From positions 13,640,001-13,704,000 of the forward strand of contig JBHGNT010000005.1 of NCBI GenBank assembly GCA_043228905.1: DNA of 64,000 nt, in the 5' to 3' direction. The DNA is from Azolla caroliniana (lineage: Eukaryota > Plantae > Polypodiophyta). Each line of letters opens with the position of its first letter. The stretch's first letter is position 1. Shown piece after piece: positions 1 through 13,543 of this stretch. A program made the translations under genes and the position numbers. The notes under the pieces were generated by a model that was not told where the DNA came from, ran no database searches, and worked only from the letters and a program-made list of their open reading frames with translations.

Positions 1-654
1 ACAACCAATATGAGGTTTAACTTGTCCAAATAGATCATAGTAAAAATTCATAAAACCCTAGGAAAATTGCTAACAATCATATCCCACTAATAAGTATTTC
101 GCTCCAATTCAAGAGTCCCTTGACCGATTAACTGGACTTGTCCCCTATTGCGACCCCTTCTTTAGCCTTTTTCTAGCCGATTGCCCATTTAGCCTTGCTT
201 CTTTGACCCATTGCACAAGTGTCCTCCTCCGACAACCTTTCCATCACCTCAACAACGGCTTGCACATCAGCCGCGTCTTGTGCTAGCTTTTCCAGTACAA
301 TGGGATCTATTTGGACATTATCAGTAGTTGGGCTCAATGGGGTGGAATCAAGGTTTTGGGATTCGAAGACATGTTGCATCAAGTGTTTAAAAACACTATT
401 GTTGTGAACCTCAGATTTGCATGTCGTTTCCAATATTTCATGGCTTTTCACATTGTTGCCTAATTCAGTACCATCTTCCAAAAGAATAGGGTGGAGCTGA
501 TCTGAAGGAGATGTGATAGTAGGACTCTTACTTTCAGCCACGTTGGCAACTATCTCCTCATCGGTTGCGCAGCATCATCAGCACCAGATACCTCATGCAC
601 CCTCCTTAATCCACAAGATTCTACAACAACATGGTTGCGAATTACGTAGTACCA

Positions 655-1660
655 TAGTTTAGTTGAGTAGTTAATTAGCGAGCTAGTAGCTAATTAGCTA
701 CTACCATACCTAAGAGAAGTACCTAATTAGCTTAGTGGTAGCTAATTAGCTATTGTCATAGTCTAGACAAATAGCTAGTTAGCTAATTAGCTACTGTACT
801 AAACTATGGTAGTAGCTAATTAGCTACCACTTACCTAATTAGCTACTCAACTAAAGTATGGTAGTAACTAATTCGCTAAGTGGTAGCTAATTCGCTATTG
901 CACTAAACTATGGTAGTAGCTAATTAGCTAAGTGGTAGCTAATTAGCTATTGCACTAAACTATGGTAGTAGCTAATTAGCTACCACTTAGCTAATTAGCT
1001 ACTATACTAAACTATGGTAGTAGCTAATTAGCTACTCAGCTAACTATGGTAGTAGCTAATTAGCTACTCTATTAAACAATGGTAGTAACTAATTAGCTAC
1101 TCAGCTAACGTATGGTAGTAGCTAATTAGCTACTCAGCTAACATTTGGTAGTAGCTAATTAGCTACTGTACTAAACTATGGTCGTGGCTAATTAGCTTCC
1201 ACTTAGCGAATTAACAAGTCAGCTGAAGTCCGGTAGTAGCTAATTAGCTACTGTACTAAAGTATGGTAGTAGCTAATTAGCTACTGTAGTAAACTATGGT
1301 AGTAGCTAATTAGCTACTGGGCTAAAGTATGGTGGTAGTTAATTAGTTACTCAACTAAACTATAGTAGTACATAATTAGCTATTGTATTCAACTCTAGTA
1401 GTAGCTAATTAGCTACCACTTAGCGACTTAGTTACTGAACTAAACTATGGTAGTAGCTAATTTAATAGGTATTGTACTAAACTATGGTAGTAGATAATTG
1501 GCTACCACTTAGCTAATTAGCTACTCTGCTAAAGTATGGTTGTAGCTAATTAGCTACCACTTAACTAATTAGCTATTACACTACAACCATAACAACTAAA
1601 TAGTTTCCACACTTTATACGGCTTACCTAATTAGCAAAGATGGAACTAATTAGCTACACT
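655..1660. repeat. Degenerate tandem array built on the palindrome TAGCTAATTAGCTA
   Basis: Many copies of ACTAAACTATGGTAGTAGCTAATTAGCTAC(T/C)-like units, about 31 bp, mixed with shorter variants. Confidence 0.95.
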
Positions 1661-1689
1661 ATGGTCACAAGAAGCAATTTTACTTGTTA

Positions 1690-3708
1690 GTCTTCTCCAC
1701 TCATCTGGGAGAGTTGTACTACAATCCCCCAAAGAGAATGCAACAATGCGACAGGCATATTAAAAACAAACGATGTGGTATGTGTGTTGGCATCGTTGTA
1801 GGTGAACCAACAGAGTAGCAGATTTGTCATCTACATGTAATCCACAAGAGATGCAACATGCTTGAACAGTCAATATATCGTCTCTTGGTTCTCCTTCATT
1901 TGGTAAGGGAGCAAGAAGGTTCAGGTCCATTTCTTGTCGGCTCCTTACCATCCCCTCTACAAAATGTAGCTGCTTCTTAAGACAGTTAACTACCTGTTCT
2001 TGACGGGAGTGATGTTCCTTCAACGCAGCCGAGAAATTTACCGATTAATTATTCCTTAATGAGGAAGATACAACAACAAGAAACAAGAATCATTAACTTA
2101 CTTGTAGCTTGTCCAAATTGTAATCTGCGACAGTATTTACACCTAAAAGGTCCAGGTTCATTGAAAGAACCTGGATCTCTGTTTGTAGTTGAATTTTTCG
2201 TTGGTGATCCAGCGACCCCTCAATTTCAAGCTCATGTCGAGCAACCTGTTCTAGATAATGCCTCAGTTAGACATTTTCATGTACAAGTTATTTATAACAT
2301 ATTACATACTAGCAAAACAATAGGTACCTGAATCTTATTTCTGATTGTTGTAACTGCCAAAGTGACTTTGCTCTCCATTGCAGCAACCAATGTTGCTTTC
2401 TCTAAATCAATCTTAAAAAACTCCAATGTCTCACAGGCTTCATGGACATTTTTTAGCATATAGATAATCAATGTCTCACCTGTATCATCGACATTGGCTT
2501 TCATTATGTGTTGGTGTGTTGTATACTTGTGGGTTTGTTTGGAGTTGGCAATTGCATCATCAACTACCATGCTCCAAAATCTTGCCATTTTTTGTTGCAA
2601 GCTCGCCATCTTCCGACATCTTTCTACCGATGCCTCACCATAAATTGCCAAGCTACCCTATACATTTTAAGGTCACAAGATTCCTTCGTTGTTTTGCAAT
2701 ACTCGTATGCAAAAGCTATGGCAAATGAAACGGACAACTCGTTGTTGACCGGAACCTCTTGATGTACTTTATGGTGTAATCTCATGCAGTCGTCTTACAG
2801 GTCTGGTCAGACATGCTTGAGCTTCACCTTGCCTATCACTCTAGGCACTTTATATATTGACATCTAGTCTTCATCCCTAATCAATCTATCTGTTAGAACA
2901 ACATGGTCAATACCCTCGAGCAACAGACCATATATGTTGTGAAAGTCCTCCTTTGTCTCGCAAAATTTTGCGAAGTTTAGCACTCTAGGATAGGGAGGAA
3001 CGAGCTACCTGAAATAAAAAATCAGTAATAAGAATTGGTGCAAAAACAGTATTTTTAATGTGAATTTGGTGCAAATTACAACACTTTGAGACATTAATCT
3101 GAAATTTGTAATTTGTCCTTTTCAAAATGTATCAGAAATCTACCACTTAAAAAATTAGAAACCCTAATTAGAATTTGTCATGAGAATTGGTGCAAAATTA
3201 CAACACATTACGACAGTAATCAGAAATTTGTAATTAGAAATTTGTAACCAGAAACTTGTAATCTGAAATTTGTAATCAAAAACCCTTAACCACTTAAGGG
3301 AAACACAAACCCTAATCATCACTAAAGGCAAAAATCAACCGTACTACGAAATTCTGTCAAATTATCAGAAACACACATGCTGCTACACGTCGAATCCTTG
3401 TTTGGAACTCCAATGACTTCACCCTATTCGATTTTTGGGAAAGATGAACAGGCACCAAAGTTACAAACATTTATTAGAAAGGAAAAAAAAAACTTTTTTT
3501 AGTATGTAACTGATACATACCTAGATGAGGATCGACTTGGTCGTGTGTTGTAGCTCAAAAGGTGCAATGTCGATCTCAGAGTTTTTGTGCTACTGCGGGA
3601 GCTTCGTGTGCGTTCATGCTCAAAGTACTCCATCTGTTTGGAGTTCGAACTTGAACTCAGGATTATCAGGAATTGGATGATATTCAAGTCGACCTTAGAT
3701 GATGGCAC
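1690..3708 (-). pseudogene. Spliced, decayed gene with a C-terminal RING-H2-like domain, inside the TIR element
   Basis: Donor AG|GTATGT at 3521/3520 and acceptor TTTATTTCAG at 3009 join exon 1 in frame with LVPPYPRVLNFAKF... (one TAG at the junction). ORF pieces 2292-2651 and 1760-2023. C-terminus reads CISC...CQHTYHIVC...C.....P..W. Several in-frame stops. Confidence 0.55.
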
Positions 3709-3923
3709 TATTCCCCATGTTCCACTACGTCAGAAACCAAAGTTCAAATATTTGAGTATTCTCATAAATTAAATGACATGTATTTAACTAATAAAACATA
3801 AAATTTCGTAAACCATCCTTATGATTTTCCCACAAAAAATTAGCGAAACAAATAGCTAATTAGTTATGGCCATTTTAGTAGCTAATTAGCTATAATAGTG
3901 TTTCTACTCGCATGCTTTTACCC

Positions 3924-4070
3924 GAATGCGACTTAGTGCATCAATGACAGTGTTCATGGAACCTTTACGATATCGTATGGAAAAATCCAAGTCTTGGATG
4001 AGATCTGCCCATCGTGCCTTACGACCTTTAAGGTCTTGTTGGTCATAAAAATATTTCAAGGTCTCTTGGG
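3924..4070 (-). pseudogene. Gypsy RNase H C-terminal fragment
   Basis: Hand translation: LKYFYDQQDLKGRKARWADLIQDLDFSIRYRKGSMNTVIDALSRI. Confidence 0.8.
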
Positions 4071-4170
4071 CGCATGAATAACTGCAAATAATTCATTTTC
4101 TTGCATGGTATGCTGAAACTGAGTAGAATCATGTTTCTTACTCTCAAATGCTGGTCTAAGTGGTATCGTC

Positions 4171-4695
4171 CTACGTTGATTCTTCTTCTCTCCACTTTTC
4201 CCTTTGGACTTGTCGTCGGGCTCGGGATGACTGTACCTGAGGCGGCCGATGCACCTCTAATCGGTTTTCTGGCTTTGCAGTCCGAAATAATACCGATAAC
4301 CAACAAGCAAAATTTGGTTTCATTGGTTTTCCTTTCTGAACTCCGTTTAGTTGCTCTCTCAGAGCATCTCCCGATAGTAGCCCCCAATTGAAAGCTTCAC
4401 CTTCATAAGCGACGATAATAAATCCGGCCCTCTTTTTGGGCATACAGTAGAATCTGCGACTAACAAACCCTACTGCCAATAAAAAAATTTCAACTTCATG
4501 AAAAAACACATCCCTACCTCCTTGTGTCTGATACGCTTTGGCAGAGGGCGAATATTCACTGAAATAGGACCGCAAAACATCCTTTGTAACCTTGTTGACA
4601 GCGTCGAACCCGCCTCTTGGCATCTCCAACATGGCCCCGTACCGTCTTATTCGTGATCGTCGAGACATTGATAGTTGCCAACAAAGCTTCCGCAT
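4171..4695 (-). pseudogene. Extra 3' ORF of element A
   Basis: YFSEYSPSAKAYQTQGG...IIVAYEGEAFNW aligns by eye with element B (YFGEYSISSKAYRTQGG...LIATYEGLQVDW) and element C (IIRAYEGDKIDW). Confidence 0.75.
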
Positions 4696-6784
4696 TCGGG
4701 TGCGGCTCTATTTCTGCGACTTTCAACAATCCCTATAACTTATTGCGATCGAGCCAGCGGCGCAAGTTGTCAAATACGACAATTGGCATGTTGTCATCGT
4801 CGATGAACAGATTGTCACTCAGTGAGGGATGTGAGAACTACTGTAGGCTATGGCGAGAAAAATCAGAAAACCTGTAAACTCGAATGCGTTTCTGCTTCTG
4901 TGCTGAAACAATCATTACAGAAATAGGTTTTAAGAGATGAATTTTTTGCATGATGCTTAGGGAATAAAAGTACTATTAATGTTGTAATGACTAGGCGTAC
5001 TAGTGGAGTGATGGCTAGAAATAGTAATAATGACTAATAGAAATTTGCCTCCACCACTTTTACTTATAGTCTTTTGAAATTACTCCAAGAATCTCTTCGT
5101 GAGAGTTAGTTATAATTTGGCGAGAAAATATTCTACAGTTAGTTTTTTTTTTAAATATTTTTTATTTTCATTTATTTTTTACTTTTCTTCCGATTCATTC
5201 TTGAATGGATTTTCCGGCATATGTCCACGATATGGTTTAAGCCGGACACCATCGACCCATTTCGATAAAATATCACCTGATAGGGTTCCTAGTTGATATG
5301 TACCATTTTTACTGTTCACGGTCCAAATTGGTCCCGTCCATCTATACCGAAGTTTTCCTGGCATCGCCCCCATCTTGGTCTGGAAAACCAGTACTAGTTT
5401 CACAATTCCGAATTGAGATTCGGTTTTCCATCGGTGTCGATTTACAAATGCCTTGGTTTGCCTTTGCTTGTGCTCTAAAGCTGTCATAGCTTGTAGTCGG
5501 TCTTCTTCTAATAGTAATAAAGATTCCTTCCAAATTTGCTCCGACTGTAGTTCATTTAATTTTTCAGTTGCTTGTATTCGGAGTGTCAGAATCTGGAATT
5601 CGATTGGCATCACTACTTCCAATCCAAAAGCCATTCGGAAGGGTGTTGATTTGATAGATGTTTTGTACGACGTGCGATATGCCCATAAAGCACTATGCAA
5701 CTTTTGATCCCAATACATACGATTCTCATTTACCATTCACTTGTGGATACTAGGGGGTGCTTTTCTTATGAACCACTGCATAGTAGGTCGACAATTCATG
5801 AACAAGTTTGTTAATGAAATGTGTACCTTAATCGCTCACTATTTCTATAAATAGCAAAATCATCCAAAAATACTTGCATAATGGCAGGAATGTAATTCCC
5901 AAATACTTCCTATATCACTCTTTGAAATGTTGCCGGAGCGGTCTTGAAGCCAAACATCATTACTACTGCAATAAATACTCCCCATTTTGTAACAAAAGCT
6001 ATCTTTTCCTGATCTTCCAAATTCATCCGAACCTGATTCTAACCACTAAAACCATCTAGGAAACTATATACTTCATGGTCAATTACCGCATCCAATATAC
6101 TATCCGTAAATTGTAATGGAAACACGTTCGTAACGGTAGCCGCATTTAATTTCCGGTAGTCAACACATACCCGAATTTTGCCATTCTTTTTCAGAACCAC
6201 GACGATTGGACTTAACCATGTCGATTTTTTGCACCGGATGAATAAACCCTACTTTCAAAAGTTTATGTATTTCTTCTTTAACTTTAATAGCATAATTAGG
6301 ATTTAATCGGTACCTGCTTTGTTGAACTGCCTTTGCATCCTTATGAAGGTTGATTTGATGTTGACAAAAAGCTGAATCTAGTCCCTTCATATCTTCAAAA
6401 GACCAGGCAAAGACATCCTTATATTGCTTTAATAATGCGGTTAACCTTTCTTTATCCGCTGCTATAATTTCCTTAGCAATGAGTATTGTTTTCAACTCAC
6501 TGTCCCCATTTACTTCTGCCAAATTTATTTCCTCCAATGCTGAAGCTTTAACTCGTTTGGACACTTTCATCTCCCTATCGGTAGCTTCTTGTTGGAGTCG
6601 TATTTCCTCCTGGGAATCCAAATAGGGCATCAAGGCTTGTAAAATATCGACTTCGAACAAAGGAATGATTTTCGGATTATCATCAAAATACTGATTTTCT
6701 TCGACCTCGTCTAATCCTTCCATCATATTGACGGACTTAGCATATATAGGCAAACACTATTTGCTTGTCGCCACTTTGTTCTGT

Positions 6785-7081
6785 GGGTGAAAGCATGGGA
6801 ATGGGAACAATTAGCTATCTCCTTGACATAGCTAATTAGCTATCTAAAAAGCTACATGTAATCTGTATATTTTGGCAAATTTAGGGATGATTAGAATTTG
6901 AACTCAGAAAAAGACTAGCTAAACGGTGGACCATAAATGGTAATATTTCCATCTCCATAATAAATGATACATATCTTTAAGATCTTCCTACTAAAAATTA
7001 GTTATAAAAAAAACGATTTAGCTATGGTCATTTTAGCAGCTAAATAGCTATAATAGTGTTTCCATTCGCATGCTTTCACCC
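6785..7081. mobile_element. 297-bp MITE with about 25-bp TIRs and a 4-bp TSD (CTGT)
   Basis: GGGTGAAAGCATGGGAATGGGAACA ... TGTTTCCATTCGCATGCTTTCACCC. CTGT at 6781-6784 and 7082-7085. Removing the insert restores the host frame KIRVSTQNKVA. Confidence 0.92.
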
Positions 7082-9220
7082 CTGTGTCGAAACCCGAATT
7101 TTTGTTTAGCCTTTTTCTAAATGTTAGTTGATTCTGATTCCAATTCTGCTTGATGTTAGCAATTTTTAACCACGGACGTCCTAATAACAAAGGATATGCA
7201 CCAGCCACTTCCAAATGAAGAATAACTGCTGAGATCAGAAAACTATGACCACCCAATATTACCTCTAATTGGCGGAGTAACCCAATTGGTCATACTATAG
7301 TGGTATCCGCCATTCTAAGGCAAAATGGGCAAGCTTCCCATTTAGTAATTCCTAACCTATCACAGGTGGTTTTATTAATGACATTCACTCCTGAGCCACC
7401 ATCGATAATCGTATTTTCGATTTCCTGACCCTGAATTATTACCTTAATTGATGGATTTTGCTCATCTATGATTGAAGGATTGTTGCTCGGTACTTTTTTG
7501 GTAAATCTAGGGACCAACTTAAGTAATCCGGTCAATGGTAATGACACTTGGCAATCTGCCAAGAGCTTCCAAGCTTCCTCTTGTTTTGGTACAGGAATCA
7601 CTCCTGGTAATTCATTAGCTTGATTAATTTCATTGTCTTGGAGCATCTGGTTTACATTATTTCTGCTTGCTTCCTCTACCCATTCCTTGGCTGCTTCCTG
7701 AATCTCCCACTCAGATTGTTTACTTTTGTTCCTAGTGGTTACTTGTTGTATCTCCGGATAACCATATTAACCGTCGGTCCTTTCCCTTTAGCAGGGCCCT
7801 GATTAGTATAATGACCAGTTTGACAACAAATATGGCAAGTAGAAACAAATGTTCCACTTCCCTCGCCTTGCTCAAACTCACTAGTCCCATCATTTTGCAT
7901 AAAGTGTTGACCATCATTCGGCGATTGCTGAAACTGTCGTGAGGCTTTCGGTTTGTAGAATTTTTTATTTTTATACCGGTTCTGCTTAAACCGTCTTCCA
8001 TTTTGATGTTGCTGATTCATACTCGGTGGTAATTAGAAGTCTTGATTTTGTTGAAAATCTTGATTGTGCTGAAAATTGCTTTATTGGAAAGATTGATTAT
8101 TTTGTTGAAAACCTGGATTCTACTGGAATTTATTTTGCTGAAAGGTTTGATTGTTTTGAAAATTATTTTGTTGAGCTTGTGGAAAGCTATTTTGTTGGTA
8201 TCCATTATTGAACGAATTCTGTTTATTGTGATACCCATTTTCCGGAAATATTTGTCTTACCGGAGCCGTCGTTTTATTAAGCAAGTTATACTCACATTGC
8301 TCGACCGAATGAAGTTTAGAATGACATATTGTGCAATGTGTTTGCAAACTACACTCGATCGTCGAATGACCGGTATTTAAAGAAGTAGTACAGTGAATTG
8401 CTTGTCGAAATTGTAACTCCTCCATCGTTGCCAGTGTTCGATTTACTGCTGACATATCCATACTTCGTACATTTATCGGTTGTCGGCCCATAGCGATTGC
8501 CTTATCAATCACTTGCTCGATATTCTGATTCTGGAAATCGAACACCTTCAGTGTTGTCCGTAATGGTTCCCGAATTGCTTCAAGGAATACATCCTTCAAT
8601 TCATCGTCCAGAATAGGCTTCGAAATTTGTACTTGCAAATTCTGAAAACGGATAACAAATTGAGACACCGTTTCCTGCTACACTTGATACAACGCATAAA
8701 ATTGCGCAATGAAATAACTGCAAAAATTTGTTGTTCAATTGTTCGAATGTTTCGAACCCACGGAGACCATTTTGCGCAAACCAATTAGCGGAATAACCCT
8801 CTAATGAGAAAACGAACTCAACAATCTTCGACTTATCTTCGGTTGATGCCGATAGTCTCTGAGCTCCATGGTTAATCTGCCATGTTGTCAGAAAATCCCG
8901 CACATGTGCTTTTGCATCAGCTCCCTTGCGGAACTTTGATTATGGATAAGGCATATTGTCCTCACTCCAAATATCGTAAAATGATACGTCTTCCGGCTGA
9001 TTTTCTTCGGAAGACTGGCTATCAGTTAAATCAGGAAGTACCAACAACCTTCTACTTGTTTCCTGCTGTAAGCCCTCAGGCGATTTTGTCTCTATTTTTC
9101 TTCATAACAGAACGCGTATGAGGACGTTTACAACCGATTGGTGTATTTGGACCAGACGACATCCATTCGTCTTGTTCTCTGCTTTGTGCAGATGTAACCG
9201 GGCGTGCCAAAATTATACTC

Positions 9221-9658
9221 TGTTGTTTGGTCGACAATTGCTATTTTGCCGACACAGTATAAGACGAACGTTCTATCAAGAAGTTGTGGATAGATGAATA
9301 GATATGAATTAGCTGTAAACTTATCGGTGATAACAGACACCGAGATCGTGACTTATGTAATATAGCTTAGACAGAACTAAACAGATGACAAGAAGTAATC
9401 CGTACATAGAGGTTTCCTAAACAAACTTTATATTACTAAATAGAACAATAGATTTTTACAATGCCTTCGGTTCCTTTTATAGGTAACCCGAAGGTCTTTT
9501 CTCATCAAGAAATCCTACTGCTTATACTTAACAAGAATTACAAAACTTCCTAACTAACTATATCCTATTTGGCTATTTGCTGAGTCATCGATCCGAACTG
9601 TCGATCCGACTCCGAACATCTTTCCGATACCGACACATTCATACTTGTCCGGGTAACA
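9221..9658 (-). repeat. 5' LTR of element A
   Basis: TGTTG...TAACA termini, minus-strand TATAAAA near 9475-9481, adjacent tRNA-Arg-type PBS. Confidence 0.75.
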
Positions 9659-12416
9659 ATTGGGAAGTTCATTCCAACTTCTGTTGCTTCTAGTCCTCGA
9701 TTTTCTTGTCTTCCAAGAAGACTATGTCCCGACTCTGCACTACTTTCTTATTGACTAAGTCCCACAACCTGTAGCTGAACTCATCCTCCGAGTATCCCAT
9801 GAATATGAATGCTTTCGACTTACTATTGAGCTTCAACCTCTGATCCTTAGATACATGCATATATACTAAACATCTGAACATCCTCAGGTGTCGGTAGGAG
9901 ACATCCTTTCCTATCCATAACCTTTGTGGGAAATCACTTTTCAGTGGTAGTAAGGGAGACTTGTTTATAAGATAAACAATCGTATACATCGCCTCTACCC
10001 AATACGTTTTCGACAGCTTAACATGCAACAACATGCTCCTTATTCTCTCCATAATCGTTTAATGCATCCTCTCTGCAGGCTCGTTCAGCTCAGGGGTCTT
10101 CAGCACTGTGTATTCGATTCGAATATCTTGGGCCTTGCAATATTCTTTGAACTGCCCTTATATTCGCCACCATTGTTGGTTCAAACAACCTTCAACTTCC
10201 GACCCGACTCTCTTTCGGCTCTAACCTGAAACTCCTTGAAGAACAACAATACTTGGTCCTTCGACTTTAGTACGAAAGCCCACAACTTTCGATTGTACTC
10301 ATCAATGAACATCACGAAGTACCGTCCACCTCGATGTGATGGAGCATCTACATAGGACATGTTGGTGTGCACCACTTCCAGTGGCACTTCTCTTCTTCTC
10401 GATGGTCTTGAGTGGAATGTTGCTATGTTCTGCTTTCCGATTAAGCAGTCGACAAACTTCTCCACGTGCACTCCTTTTACTTCTGGGAAAATTTCCTAGT
10501 TGGCTAGGATGTGCATTCCTTTCTCACTCATGTGGCCAAACCTCTTATGCTATAACTCTCCACACGAGTCAGCTACCACATTTACTTTCGACTTGCACAT
10601 TCGGGCATGCACCATATACAATGTACCATCTTTCTGTGCTCGGGCCACTATGAGGTTTCCTTAGCAGAACTTCCACTTGCCGTTTCGAAAGCTACCATTA
10701 TAGCATTCTTCATCCAACCTTCCCATCGATATCAAATTCAATTTGATATTAGGGACATGACGAACTTCCCTCAGAGTCAGTCGACAACCTATCAACGTCA
10801 TCAGGCTTACACTTCCTATATCGGCTATCTTGCACTCACCATTGTTTCCCATCTTTACATAACCATGATCCCCGACTATGTAGGTCGAGAAGCAGTCTCT
10901 TGACAAAGTTATATGGAAAGATTCACTTGAATCGATCACCCATGTGCACTCTTCACTTGCATGTTTTGTCCGTGCATGCTCATAAATGAAAAGGATCTCC
11001 TCTACACTCATAGCTACGGCTGATGAGCCCTTTTCATTAGGAATCTTCCTGGGTTCGACATTATTACTGACACCTTTGTCCTTTTGGAAGTCTTCAGGTT
11101 TTCCACAATAGAAGCATGTCAATTTTCCTCTCGACTTGGATCTGACCTGGGACTTGTCCCTTCTATGTGGACTTCTTTTTCGGTTCCTTCCTCTACCGAT
11201 ATGTTGAGTCAGGTTTGACTCTGATTGGGACAGGACACCCTTGTCCTTCTTGTCTCCTCGTTCAAGATGCTTGTCTTTGCCGCTTGTAAAGACAAGTTCT
11301 CTTCTTGACACGAGGTGCTCAGAGTCACCACCAAATTCTCCCAGCTGTTCGGAAATGTACACATAGAAGGATGGCCTACATTGCATCCTCAAGGGGAAAC
11401 TTGGTTGCCACAAGTTGGTTTACATACCCCATGAATGTGCTTACAAGCTCCACTAAGCTTTCTCTGTCCTTGTATTTTAGCTTCACACTTACATCGAGGC
11501 ACTATCTAATGGTGGCACCGCCTTCTTGTTCAGGAGTTTCCATTCAGACTTTAATACCCCCGTGGGCATTTCTGCTCTGTTGATGGGCTTGTAGAGGTCT
11601 TTTACTGTGAGAAGGTGTTCCATCTTTATCTTCCAGTCTACATAGTTTTGAAAGTTTTGAACTATCATGCATGGGAAGCCACTCACACCTCCTTCCATTT
11701 TTCACCAATCGCTCTGATACCAAATTGATGGGATTCTTTCTTTCAGATTTGTGAGGAAGACCAACTTGGAAATACACAATAATGTGGAAATAGGAAATAC
11801 ACAAGATACACAATGTTTTATGTGGAAAACCTTATACGGGAAAAACCATGGGAATAGAGATTTGACTATACACAATGAATACAAAGAATGGTTACAACTC
11901 TTCTCTTAATCTCAGAGGATAACCACTAAGGGTTCTTTGCAAGTTCACTGAACTTTGTCACCGTTCACTCTCACGCACTCACCTCACTCTGTTACTCACA
12001 ACTACAAAAAATCTATTCCATATTTACTCAATCTACATTTGCCCTAAGTGTATTTATACCTATACACACTATGGGCTATATACAAGTGTAGCCTCTCCTA
12101 CTTTTATTTCTATTATTATATTACTAATAATAGTAGTTAATCAGCCGATTGGCTGACTAGTTAATTCGGCTAGCGGACTCTTATGTCGACTGTCCAGTCG
12201 GCTCAACTAGTTGGCCTTGTCGTAGACCCTCTGGTCAGCCAGACTAGTTAGTCTTGTCTTCAACTTGGATCATCTATTCTCAACTCTCTCTCAGTTGACT
12301 CTCCATGACATCAACTGTTGGCTCTCGGCCCGACCAATCAGCTACTTATTGTCTTCGATTGTCAGCTCTCAATCTAACCAGGCAACTCCTCCCATAGGAG
12401 GGAAATATTCCTAACA
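9659..12416 (-). mobile_element. Copia element J (Tnt1/Tork-like), 5' part, degenerate
   Basis: LTR 11726-12416. PBS TGGTATCAGAGC (tRNA-iMet) at 11711-11722. gag knuckle CFYCGK, protease WVIDS, then integrase (YFVMFIDE, AFIFMGYSEDEFSYRLWD) in Copia order. Confidence 0.85.
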
Positions 12417-12863
12417 GTATCTGGGTGGATTCCCACCATCTTCCGGTTTCAACGTTTATACCCACTTATTTCGGAGTTCTCTTTTCCCTTTCGGCAACTC
12501 GGTCAATTCGTATGTGTGGTTCTCATGCAAGGAATCCATCTCGTCGCCGTAGCCGAGAAATATGCATGGTTGAGATTTTGTATCTAACTTTCCCCTTTGT
12601 TCGTTAGCCACATGCATGTAGGCAAGACAACTGAACACCTTCAAATGTCGGTACGATACGTCTTTGCCAATCCACACTCTCTATGGAACATCTCCTTCGA
12701 AGGGTGGTGAGGGTGATCTATTTATCATGTACATAGTTGTCATCAGCGCCTTAGCCCAGAGCGTCTTGGACAACTTTGCATGTGCTAGCATACTTCAAAC
12801 CCTTTCCATAATGGTCTGGTTCATCCTCTTGGCTAGCCTGCTTAGCTCTGGCATCTTCGGCAC
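12417..12863 (-). pseudogene. Copia I backbone, piece 1 (integrase C-terminus and RT start)
   Basis: VSYRHLKVFSCLAYMHV...CIFLGY and ELTELPKGK..NKWV. Continues at 35955 across the GGCAC TSD (LEHTVPKMPE). Confidence 0.8.
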
Positions 12864-13543
12864 TATTAATAATTAGGTAATTAAGTAGAGGTTAATTAGT
12901 ACCTAATTTTGTGATTATGTTAAGGGGAAGTTTAAGTGATATGTGTGTGTATGTGTGTGAGAGGAAGAGAGAGAGGAAGTTAACACTTATGAACAACGAG
13001 ACAAGATGGGGAATAATTAACTATATTAAAAAGCATCATAAAATACAAAAATACCCACTAAAATACAAAAATACCCACAATGAGGTATATATACATCTCA
13101 TGTGCAAAGGTGCACATGTGTGACTAGAATATAGGTACAAAGGTGTAAGTCCTATATTAAATTATCATGGGAGTGGAGTATCTGCAATGTATCCCACTCT
13201 AATACATAATCCTATTTAAGGCTTTACGGTCAACACACTAACTAGATGTTGTCTAGGTAACTACTAAGTTACTTGTGTTGACTAACTAACTAAGTCTAGT
13301 TGAGTTTGATATCTCAACACGCCCCCTCAAGCTCAACTGTGAGGCGTCTGACGTTCTCTTTGGCTTTTGTCGACTTCCATCCAGTCTTCATCAGCTTGTT
13401 CGGCCTTTTTGAGGCAATATCGGCTCCTCCCCCTCAAGTTGGTGAAGAAGGCTTGTAGTGTAAAATGGGCGAAGGCCAACTGGTTCCACCTATCGTGGGT
13501 CACGAGCCACTTCGGTAGAGCTCTCGGGCTCTCGTTCAGACGA

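Larger units (their letters stand above)
1..3923. mobile_element. Right part of a TIR DNA-transposon-like element; left end lies outside the window
   Basis: Ends ...TAGCTATAATAGTGTTTCTACTCGCATGCTTTTACCC (3923), matching the right end of the TSD-flanked MITE at 6785-7081. Shares the TAGCTAATTAGCTA motif with the internal satellite. No transposase recognised in the window. Confidence 0.65.
4071..9658 (-). mobile_element. Gypsy element A (non-chromovirus, FLDD-type RT); degenerate, internally deleted, 3' LTR missing
   Basis: gag (8120-8903), protease IIDGGSG (7290-7646), RT start (6160-6753) to MQVFLDD joined by deletion to the integrase C-terminus (5179-5736), extra ORF (4171-4695). 5' LTR TG...CA at 9221-9658. 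PBS TGGCACGCCCGGT at 9197-9209. Confidence 0.85.

Noticed and set aside
655-1660. CRISPR-like array
   Set aside because: No unique spacers, no cas genes and a eukaryotic context; it is a degenerate satellite.
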